Below, in pieces: positions 47,110 to 56,100 of a stretch of 64,000 nucleotides of DNA; the stretch's first letter is position 1; the number at the start of each line of letters is the position of its first letter. The DNA is taken from positions 1 through 64,000 of IMG/VR virus record IMGVR_UViG_3300049845_000008. One strand, given 5' to 3'. A program made the position numbers and the translations under genes. Source of the DNA: a virus. The notes under the pieces are model-generated. The model saw only the letters and a program-made list of their open reading frames with translations. It was not told the origin of the DNA and made no database searches.

Positions 47110-49740
47110 TTACTTCCCTTCAAGAACTTTGATACGTTCGCTCAGTTCCTTGATGGCTTCTAGCAGGACAGGAACCAGTCGGTCGTAGGACACGCGGAGA
47201 TATCCGGCGCTGTCTTCGTGCACGGCTTCTGGCAATACAGCCAGAACTTCCTGTGCGATCACACCGATTTCATTACCCGTGGTGTTCTCATAGCCAATTT
47301 CAAGTGCAAGATCGTTCCAACGATACTTGATCGTGTGAATCTTCTCTAGTGTGTCAACGGCATTCTCGACGTTTCCAACAATGTTCTTGAGTCGAATATC
47401 GGACGTTGCAGCGAAGTCGGTCGCATACACAATTCCGGCATTCATGTAGACCACGCCGTTGTTGATGTATGGAGTGTAGTTAGCACCGGCAGACTGAACA
47501 CCGACTAGCTGCCAGTTTCCACCCGTGCTTGTGGTCGCGTTAATTGCGGTCGAAGGACCGGTGGAACCTTGCGTTCCTTGGCGACCCTGCAAACCCTGAA
47601 TGCCCTGTAGACCAGTGATACCCTGTGCGCCAGTGGTTCCTTGAGTACCGGTTGCGCCCTGCGTACCCGTAGCACCCTGCGTTCCGGCACCCGTGGTACC
47701 TTGCAGACCTAGCGTACCCTGAGAACCGGTAAAGCCTTGCAGCCCTTGAATACCCTGAATGCCTGTGGTACCCTGAGAACCGGTTGCACCTTGCGTACCC
47801 GCGCCTGTGATACCTTGCAGACCTGTCGAACCTTGAATACCGGTCGCGCCCTGCGTACCGATACCAGACGTTCCTTGTGCGCCAGTAGTACCTTGCGTGC
47901 CTGCACCAGTGAGTCCCTGAATACCGGTGGCTCCCTGTGTACCTGTGCCGGTCGTACCTTGAATACCTGTCGAACCCGTGGTGCCTTGGCGACCCTGAAT
48001 ACCTTGAATACCCTGAATACCTTGTGCACCGTCCGAACCGATGAAGCCGTTGATACCCTGTGCACCGGTTGCACCCTGAATACCCTGTGGTCCGAGCAAT
48101 GCAGGATTAGAGTTATCGACGGCGAACGAAATGTTTGCGTTACCGTTGATGCCTGCGCCCACCGTGACGAGAACCGTCGCAGTGTTGTTGAAGTTGATGC
48201 CGTTTGCCTTCGCAATGGTCGAGCCGGTGTTGGCTGAGACACGTACCGTGTTGGCTGCACTGTTCGAAGATACGAGTGCGGCAATCGCGTTGATGTTCGC
48301 AGCGTTGACGAGCAAGGCGGATGCGACGTTGCCGGTATCGGTCGAGTAGACAGTCTGGACGTTGGCACTGGTGATCAGTGTTGAATACGTGCCTAGATCG
48401 TTTGCAGTTGCTCGCCACGTATTAGAGGTAGTGGAGAATGCAATCTGAGCGTTACCGTTTGTCGTGCCTTGGAACACACCGAACGAACCGTCGCCGCGAG
48501 TCGTCTGAGCAACGCGCAGTCTGTAGGATGAAGAGTCCGATTCGGATGGTGCAGAGATTGGATCCTTTACCGTGAGGCTTGTGACTTCCAGAGTCGCGAT
48601 GTTTGCAAGAATAACGTTTGCTCTGGTAGTGACATTCAGCAAGCCAATCGATGCGTTAGTGGTGACACTGTTCGCAGTCGATACGTTAGCAAAGTTGGCT
48701 GTTGCACCCGCAGCCGCGACGTTCAGAGTTGCAACGTTTGCGGTGACGATGTTGGCGAGGACTGCGTTTGCGCGAGTTGTGACGTTCAGCGTGCCGATGG
48801 ATGCGTTGGTCGTCGTCGTGTTTGCGAGCGTGACGTTCGCAAAGTTAGCGGTTGCACCGGCTGCGGCGACGTTCAGTGTCGCGACATTGGCTGTGACAAC
48901 GTTGGCGAGAACCGCATTCGCAGCAGTGGTGACAACCAATGTGCCGATAGAAGCATTGGTCGTGATCGTGTTTGCGAGTGTGACGTTGGCGAAGTTCGCG
49001 ACGGAACCCGTGGCTGCGACGTTCAGTGTGGTGACGTTGGCTACGGTAGCGACGAACTTGGTATAGACGTTCATGACCGATGCAACGGCATTGGTCGTAT
49101 TAGAGTTAGAAGTAAAGACGTTGGCGAAGTTCGCGGTTGCGCCGGTCGTGTTCGCGTGGAGCGTCAGAACGTTCTGAGTGGTCGTGTTGGCTAGTGTGAT
49201 GCGAGCGTTGCCAATTGTAGCTACGTTGGATACCTGAATGTTGCCGGTGATGTAGACGTTGGAACTGTTAGCCACCGAACGAACGACAAACACGTTGGCT
49301 ACGTTCATGATCACGTTGCCGTTGGCATAGGTTCCAGAAGTTTCGATGAATCCGGATGCGTTGACGTTGGCTAGCGACGAGAATGTGTTGTTGTAGAGGA
49401 AGCGAGTACGAGTGTTGCCGTTGGCATGAATCGTGCCGTCGCCTGCGCGGAACTTGATATCCAGAGAGTCAGAGTACAGGTAGGCTGCACCACCGTCCTG
49501 TTCGAAGTTCTTAAGCGAAACCTTACCCGATACGCGAGCGTCAGCCGTAACGTCCAACATCGTGCCGGTGGCGTTGGCTAGAACCAGTTTACCTACGGTG
49601 AAGGTGACGTTTCCGACTGGCTTGGTGAATTCACCACGCGCAATTTCATTAACGTCGTTCGCCATTAGGTTGTCACGGATTCTCCAAACCTCAAAGGTAT
49701 TGGTAGTTTGGATGATCGTGCTGTTTGATACATTAGCCAT
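47110..49740 (-). CDS. Tail fibre with Asn-rich repeats, collagen segment and C-terminal intramolecular chaperone (peptidase S74)
   Basis: ATSDIRLKN...Y.WN...IGVIAQEV..VLPEAV...V.YDRLVPVLLEAIKEL; 50-aa tandem repeats; G-X-Y tract. Confidence 0.88.
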   Translation of the reverse strand: MANVSNSTIIQTTNTFEVWRIRDNLMANDVNEIARGEFTKPVGNVTFTVGKLVLANATGTMLDVTADARVSGKVSLKNFEQDGGAAYLYSDSLDIKFRAGDGTIHANGNTRTRFLYNNTFSSLANVNASGFIETSGTYANGNVIMNVANVFVVRSVANSSNVYITGNIQVSNVATIGNARITLANTTTQNVLTLHANTTGATANFANVFTSNSNTTNAVASVMNVYTKFVATVANVTTLNVAATGSVANFANVTLANTITTNASIGTLVVTTAANAVLANVVTANVATLNVAAAGATANFANVTLANTTTTNASIGTLNVTTRANAVLANIVTANVATLNVAAAGATANFANVSTANSVTTNASIGLLNVTTRANVILANIATLEVTSLTVKDPISAPSESDSSSYRLRVAQTTRGDGSFGVFQGTTNGNAQIAFSTTSNTWRATANDLGTYSTLITSANVQTVYSTDTGNVASALLVNAANINAIAALVSSNSAANTVRVSANTGSTIAKANGINFNNTATVLVTVGAGINGNANISFAVDNSNPALLGPQGIQGATGAQGINGFIGSDGAQGIQGIQGIQGRQGTTGSTGIQGTTGTGTQGATGIQGLTGAGTQGTTGAQGTSGIGTQGATGIQGSTGLQGITGAGTQGATGSQGTTGIQGIQGLQGFTGSQGTLGLQGTTGAGTQGATGTQGATGTQGTTGAQGITGLQGIQGLQGRQGTQGSTGPSTAINATTSTGGNWQLVGVQSAGANYTPYINNGVVYMNAGIVYATDFAATSDIRLKNIVGNVENAVDTLEKIHTIKYRWNDLALEIGYENTTGNEIGVIAQEVLAVLPEAVHEDSAGYLRVSYDRLVPVLLEAIKELSERIKVLEGK
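48590..49050 (-). repeat. About three 150-bp (50-aa) tandem repeats within the tail fibre
   Basis: Unit ANVATLNVAAAGATANFANVTLANTTTTNASIGTLNVTTRANAVLANIVT; boundaries approximate. Confidence 0.8.
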
Positions 49741-49743
49741 TTG

Positions 49744-49962
49744 TTATCTTCTCTGTGTCAGGAGTTGTCCCAACAGTTCCTTGATTTCGGAAATGTCGTT
49801 CTTGATGGTATTTATCTCTTCCTCTTGAGCCTTTCGCTTACGAAGAGCTTCCATCTTCTGCTCATGGGTTCTGAGTTGTGAACGGTCGGTGTTCAGGATG
49901 GCGAAGTTTCCGGCATCCCGAATGAGTCGCTCATTTTCCCGCACTTTGAGTTTCATGTTCAT
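49744..49962 (-). CDS. Conserved small coiled-coil protein
   Basis: Probable start at the TGATG overlap (MNMKLKV); L.RD....AILNTD...EINTIKNDISEIKELL. Confidence 0.7.
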   Translation of the reverse strand: MNMKLKVRENERLIRDAGNFAILNTDRSQLRTHEQKMEALRKRKAQEEEINTIKNDISEIKELLGQLLTQRR

Positions 49963-52900
49963 CAGCCTTCCGGAGTAGCAATGATTCTCAAGTTCTGTAC
50001 CCAAGGCGCAACAGTGGTATCGACTGCGGTGAGGCAGACCTTGACTGCGAAGTATTTGAACTTGCCGCCGATTGGATACTGAATACCGTTTTCCATGTAC
50101 TTGAGTTCATTCTCAAGGAGGTCTGGACGGAACTGCAATTCGATGACCTGACGAGCATCCTTGGACTTCTTATCCACCACCTTGTTCATGAGAACCCAAG
50201 ACTTGTCGGCAAAACGCTCTGGATCTTCGGATCCTAGCACCTTGTAGTAGCAATGAACGTCAGTTCCGTTAGGACGGACAACATCCATGAACACGCGAAG
50301 GTCGCCTGCTTCGAAGCCATCTTCCAGTGCGATCTGGCGAGTGAGGTAGCGGCAGAGGATGTTTCCGCCACGCTTGCCGTCTTCGCCCTGTGCAACAGCA
50401 GCGGCTCGGATCATGCCGGAAGCGGCATTGCCGATAGCCACGTTGAGTCTTGGCGTCTTGATGTAGCCGGAACCTTCCGAGGTCATGACGATGTAGTTGA
50501 CCGTGTTGGATGCATCCGTGTTTGCGACTGCAAAGCCTTCTGCGCCCGTACCGAACTCATTGGCTGCGACCGAGACATAGTAGAAGCCGACGTTGAAGTT
50601 GTTGGCTAGGTAAGTCTCACGGAACAACTGAGCGATGTTGTTCTGAGTGTTATTAGCACCACCGAACACCACGTTGCCCGAGGTCGAAACTGCGTTGTAG
50701 CCTGCACCCGGATTGGTGATCGAAATGACGGTATTGGAGATACCTGCATTGTTGATGGCATGGTCAGCCGGAACAACCGCAAGGGTTTCCAGATTGAAGA
50801 TAGGCGAAACGTCCGTATCCGAAGTGGCGAACTCTGCAAGCACCTGAACACTGTTCGCATTACCCGTCAGGAGTGTGCGAGCGTTGTTGAAGTTAGCCGA
50901 GGTTTCCTTGTTCGAAGCGTCCATCAGGTCGCCATACTTGAAGATGGTCTGTGGCTTGATAGCCACGTAGTTGTCAAAGGCAGCGTTAGCCTTGAAGACA
51001 CCCTTTACCTTGAAGTCGATATCGGACACAGGGAAGGAGAGCTTGTCTGCGTTGATGAACATACGATCTACGTTCATGTCGAAGGTAGGCACTTCCTTGA
51101 TCTGGAACGATGCTGAACCGGTCGAAGAGAACTTCGCCTTGTTGATGACGAACATGAGGTCTTCGTTCTGATACGGAGTCCATGTCGTCGCGTTCTGGCT
51201 ACGGAAGAACGATCCGGCGTATGGCTGCTCGGAGATTCTCTGAGGAGGATCTGCGCCTAGCACGTTGCCGCCGAGTTCTGCAATGTAGCACTCGTACTCA
51301 GGCGAGTCAGAGACTACGAGCAATGCGTATTCAGTATCCGGTGCAAGAAACACAGGGTCACGGAAGGTGAACTTCGTGATCGTGTTTGGATCGTCGTAGG
51401 AAGGAGAGGTCGAAATCTTAACGTCCTTACACTTGACCGTGGCTTCTGCAAGATAGTTCTGCGTAGGATAGCCGTTGACCACTTCTGCGATCTTGACCTG
51501 TACAGGCAACTGCAACGATGCGCGTGCGACCGATGGCTTTGCTCCGAAGAACAATTCCACAGAGGTCACGAACACACCGTAGGACACCTTGTTGGTGTCT
51601 GGCTTTGGAGTCCAGAAGGTCTGTGCAATCGGGTCGCGGGATGGGCGACGAGGAATTAGAGATACCGGCGTGCGAACAACCGGCGCAGCCACAGGCGCAG
51701 GCGAAACTGGACGCTGCGTTGGTGGTGGCGGAACAACCGGATTGTTAGGTGGCGTTTCAGGCAGCGGACGCATGATAGGAGTGAGGTTGACACGCTGACT
51801 AGAATTGCGCAACCCACCCGAAGAGAATCGTGCGGAAGCCTTCATCGTGAAGTCATCAGAGTCCAGACTATCTACGTCGGTGATGGTCAGCAGACGCTCG
51901 CCCGTGCGGAACTTGAAGTTAGGCTCTTCTGGAACGTTGAGAATACCGTTGAGGGATCCGTTCTCATCGACGTAGAGGTTGCCGATGGAATACTTCGTGT
52001 TCGAAGAAGGGTCAACCGAGAATGCGGAAGAAACGGTCACACGCTTGCCCGATACAGCCGTGACGCGGCGGAACTGTCCGAGTCCCGTTCCGGAGGTCAG
52101 ATACATGACGTTACCGACTGCATTGGTGTTGGCTGTTGCGTTCAGATAGACGTACTGCCCACCGCCTTCGATGGTGTTGGCTGTTGCATTAGCCACGACA
52201 CCCGAAGAGTGTTCATAGAGAACCACAGCCACGTTCTTCGACGCCGTGGTTACAGAAACGATGCGGTTGTTGGAAGCAATGTCTACGAGCTTGACACCCG
52301 AAACGCGGAACTCAGGAGTCGAAGTGTTCGAAGCATTCCAGAGGGTTGCGCGAATGTTAGCCGCAGAGGAGTTGGTGTTCATTCTGCCGTTGATTGGGCT
52401 GATGGCTAGAGAACCGGTTCCTGAATCGTAGTATTCAACCTTACCGGTGAACACTGCGTTGTTGAATTCTGCTCGTCCGGTCGTGGACTGATAGACCAAA
52501 TCGCCGGGATTGAAGTGCAGCGAACTCAGTGCCACGTTCATCTGTGCAAGGTTAGCATTGATGAAGTTCTCAGACACGTAGAGGATGTTCTCACCCGAAG
52601 AGCCGATGACCTTCATGAACGTCTTCGTGTTGGCATTGATCACACCTTCGTTCATCGTGAAAATGTCAGACGTATTAGAACTGACTTCGCGAGTGACGGA
52701 AGCTGAGAAGGTGGTGATGCCGGTGTTCTTTTCGATGTAGACGTTGGCTGAACTGTCGAAGTTGCCGCTCATCGCGAAGATGACCAACTGCCCGGTCGCT
52801 GAGTTGTAGGACTTGACGTTTGCGGAGAAGGTTGGGGCTACGTTCGAACTACCCTGATAGAAGTAGTCCGACGATGCGGCTGTGTACGATGTGTTAGGAA

Positions 52901-53099
52901 CGACAGTCAGAATCTTCTCGGAGTTGAGAATGATCTTGTTGCCCTTCTGTGTGAAGCCATTCATCGCCACTTCATCGAAGAAGATGCGAGCTAGCTTCTG
53001 AGGACGCAGATTGTTTGCATCAAAGGCAATGTCCTGTTTCCGCATGTACGGAATCAGGGTTGAATCACCTAGAACTGTTGCTTGTGTTACGTCAGCCAT
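49962..53099 (-). CDS. DUF4815/VrlC-type structural protein, C-terminal part
   Basis: IPYMR, FRTGER, DPIAQTF, QPYAGSFFRSQNATTW...EDLMF, P.VQNLRIIA. Confidence 0.8.
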   Translation of the reverse strand: MADVTQATVLGDSTLIPYMRKQDIAFDANNLRPQKLARIFFDEVAMNGFTQKGNKIILNSEKILTVVPNTSYTAASSDYFYQGSSNVAPTFSANVKSYNSATGQLVIFAMSGNFDSSANVYIEKNTGITTFSASVTREVSSNTSDIFTMNEGVINANTKTFMKVIGSSGENILYVSENFINANLAQMNVALSSLHFNPGDLVYQSTTGRAEFNNAVFTGKVEYYDSGTGSLAISPINGRMNTNSSAANIRATLWNASNTSTPEFRVSGVKLVDIASNNRIVSVTTASKNVAVVLYEHSSGVVANATANTIEGGGQYVYLNATANTNAVGNVMYLTSGTGLGQFRRVTAVSGKRVTVSSAFSVDPSSNTKYSIGNLYVDENGSLNGILNVPEEPNFKFRTGERLLTITDVDSLDSDDFTMKASARFSSGGLRNSSQRVNLTPIMRPLPETPPNNPVVPPPPTQRPVSPAPVAAPVVRTPVSLIPRRPSRDPIAQTFWTPKPDTNKVSYGVFVTSVELFFGAKPSVARASLQLPVQVKIAEVVNGYPTQNYLAEATVKCKDVKISTSPSYDDPNTITKFTFRDPVFLAPDTEYALLVVSDSPEYECYIAELGGNVLGADPPQRISEQPYAGSFFRSQNATTWTPYQNEDLMFVINKAKFSSTGSASFQIKEVPTFDMNVDRMFINADKLSFPVSDIDFKVKGVFKANAAFDNYVAIKPQTIFKYGDLMDASNKETSANFNNARTLLTGNANSVQVLAEFATSDTDVSPIFNLETLAVVPADHAINNAGISNTVISITNPGAGYNAVSTSGNVVFGGANNTQNNIAQLFRETYLANNFNVGFYYVSVAANEFGTGAEGFAVANTDASNTVNYIVMTSEGSGYIKTPRLNVAIGNAASGMIRAAAVAQGEDGKRGGNILCRYLTRQIALEDGFEAGDLRVFMDVVRPNGTDVHCYYKVLGSEDPERFADKSWVLMNKVVDKKSKDARQVIELQFRPDLLENELKYMENGIQYPIGGKFKYFAVKVCLTAVDTTVAPWVQNLRIIATPEG

Positions 53100-53127
53100 T
53101 TAGAGAATACCTTGTGCGTTAATCATT

Positions 53128-53134
53128 TATTTAT
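53128..53134 (-). promoter_or_regulatory. Late promoter (ATAAATA) between the two DUF4815 genes
   Basis: Recurrent motif. Confidence 0.65.
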
Positions 53135-56100
53135 CATCTAAAAGTCACGAATTCCAGCGATCCCATCTTCGTAGAAAGGCTGAATCCACCACCACTCGAC
53201 GCAGTGACCGGTGCTGTATAGACTGGCAGCGGCGAACTTGGTGCCGGTGGAATTGGCGCAGGCGTCTTCACCGTGAGGGTTGGGAACAGCAGTCGGATAC
53301 TGTCGAAGGTGCTTCTGGTCGTCGTGGTGGTGAGTTTAGGCACCGTGAACGACAGCGATGGAATCAATGGCGACTGAGAAACCGTGGCAACCGGCGTGTT
53401 GAACGTCGTGTTAGCCGCAGGAGGATCGACACCCGGAGTGGTTGTAATCACACTGGTTGCGTTGGAGGTTGGCGTAGGAACCTGTGGCTGTGGCACTGGC
53501 TCACGCACTCTTTCAGCCGCACGCTCGGAGTTGTAGATTTCGCGAATGCGGTCATCAACTTCTGGCGCACGCAGAACATCAGGCTTGAGGGTTTCGGATA
53601 CCCAAAAGTCCATTTCCGGAGACAGTGTGCAGTCACCAATGAACTGTGCGAAGAGGAACGGCTGAACCGAAACGAGCTTGTTGGAAGTCACAGTCTGTGC
53701 AACCATAGGCTCTTCGGTGAAGTTCAGCGTCACTGTACGCTCATTCATCTTAAGGTTAGTGGTGTTCAGCAGCTTCATGCCGAAAGGAACGTTGCCCACG
53801 TATGGACCCATTTCACCTTCTTCCATCGAAACGTTGAAGTCCTGATCCTTGTAGTCAGCGATGTTGAAGTTCTTGAAGCCTTCACCGATGATGCCGTACT
53901 TAGCCTTGTCGGTGCCGTCTTCATACTTCGTAGAGTCGCCCATGGCTAGCCCTTCGATGTTGTTCAGCGAAGTGTAGTATTCCAGAGACTCAACGCGCTT
54001 GTCGATTCGCGAGATATCCTTCATGGTGTATCTGCGGTTCTCGTTGTACTTCAAGCGAATGTCTTCGGTCGAGGATACGAACGGAGCGAGATAGATCGTG
54101 TAAAGAGTCATCGCATCTTCTGTGTCATCCGGTGGGATTGGCGCAGGCGAAGAGACACCCTTGAGAATGCGGAATTCCTTGTGCTTCGAAAGAACGAGCT
54201 TGTCGATACGTGGGAGATAGTAGTCGAAGCTCAATTCGGTCGAACTGTTTGGATCCGGCAGAATGCCCGTATCGATGGTTCCGTCCGAAACGCCGATGCG
54301 ACGGGTTGGGCGGAAGTCGAGGCAGTCACGCAGGAAGTATGCACCCGAGGATTCGGAGAAGTAGACTGGAATCTGCCCATCCTCATACACGGTCGTATCA
54401 TACGAGTCCACGGAGAAGTAAGTGGAGTTAGCAGGATAACTGTGCTGATAGAAGTCAACGTGTATCGTCAACCTTGCATTCGGCGTAGGGTATCCCTGCT
54501 TGAGCGTGATCTTGGCGTGTTCATACATTTCCTCAGTCTGTCCGAGGTCGATGGCAAAGTGGTCAGTAATGTCCTGACTGTTTGTTGCATCTGCAACATG
54601 CGTGGTGTTGCCCTTGAGAATTGCACGGACGTTGACCACATCAGGCACATAGAGGCTGATGGAATCGCCGGGGAAGATCTTAGTGACAGATGGTTCCGTG
54701 ATGAAGATCAGTCCGTTTGCGACGTTGATCTTAGCCACGTTGCCCACGTTAGGGACTGCAACCGTGTAGTCGGTGTTTACGCCGCTGTCCGTTGGATAGT
54801 TGAACGGCGCAGTGGTGAGCAATGGATTCGAACGCAGGGTCTTCGTGCGCTTACGCAGATGCGCATCGTTCTGCTTGACGAGAACATATGCATCGATTCT
54901 GGTAATCGTGGATGGAAGAGTGACCGTAACTGCACCACCCAAGCCGGGAGTGACCGCGACTTCGCCAGTGTTCAGCTTGAGAACCGTTCCGTTGGCAATT
55001 GCACCGCCCGAGGTTTCACGAACCACAACGATCAGGTTGTCTTCGATGTTCGAATTGGTGACAGACCATGGAATCGATTCGTGCGCTTCAACCGTCAACG
55101 TGAAGATACCGCCTGCGCCAGTGGATTGCATGTACTTGATGTTGTTGTAATCAACATTAGTCAACGATCCGCGCTTGACGGTGTTCTGTGGCAGACGGAA
55201 GATAACCCGCTTGTCAGAAGCTTCGAAGAGTTCCGTGGAGCCGTCGATCAGCAAGGACTGGATTGCGATGTTCGCATGGGCATTAGCCTTACCGAACGTG
55301 GCGTTAGGCTTGACCCAAGACTTGAGGTTGTTGATGCCGAAGTTCAACTGGACAACGGTGTTGTTCGCAGGAACGGCATTGTCGTCCCATGGTCGATCAA
55401 TCGTTGCAACCTGAGTCGAACCCACGTAGGATGTGATCTTACGCGACTGGTTGGTGACGTTCGAAGAGTACGTGTTCTGTAGAAGAATCTGCACGTTGGC
55501 GTTTGGCGAGCCGCCCACAACCGTCTTCGTGAACGCTGAGTTGACGTAGAGGTAGTTTGTAGCCACGTTGACAACTTCACGAACTTCGTCAGCCACGCGA
55601 ATGACCTGTCCTACCTGCACCGAGGCAAGAGTGGATTCCGCATTGACGCGAGTGGAGTTGATGAAGACGTTGGCTGCGTTGACAGCCGCAACAGGAGTGA
55701 GTGTAACAGGCAGAACGGTGATCGTGGTGTTCTGGTATACGTTGTCCTTCTGGCTTGATAATGGCGGCAACTTCACAGTGGTCGAGGTCGAACCGGTAGG
55801 AATGACAAGCACTCTTGGCTTGATGTTGATATCGGTGAAGTGGAAGTCGAAGACACCGTTGGAGTCTACGTTGGCTACGCCGTCCTGCGCTGCGATATCG
55901 CGGCGAATAGCACGAATCTTGGCTGTACCGATCTTCGTGTTGGCGTAGAAGGACGAGTTCGCACCGGCTGAGACACCAATGTTGACGTTGGCAACGTCGG
56001 TGCAGTGGAGGTCTACCGTGTCAAGTCCGGTGGTGTTGATGAACGTTGCGGCGTTCGAACCCCATACGTTCTTGAACTTAAGGTAATTGCCATAAGAAGT

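Noticed and set aside
33278-48418. Alternative-frame ORFs within collagen genes ([10 protein letters not shown]-type)
   Set aside because: Frame-shifted readings of the repeats without credible starts; no slippery-site evidence examined that supports them.
29041-49740. Diversity-generating retroelement or invertase shufflon acting on fibre tips
   Set aside because: No reverse transcriptase or recombinase in the window, and no near-identical TR/VR pair or inverted cassettes seen; shared domains are diverged at all positions.
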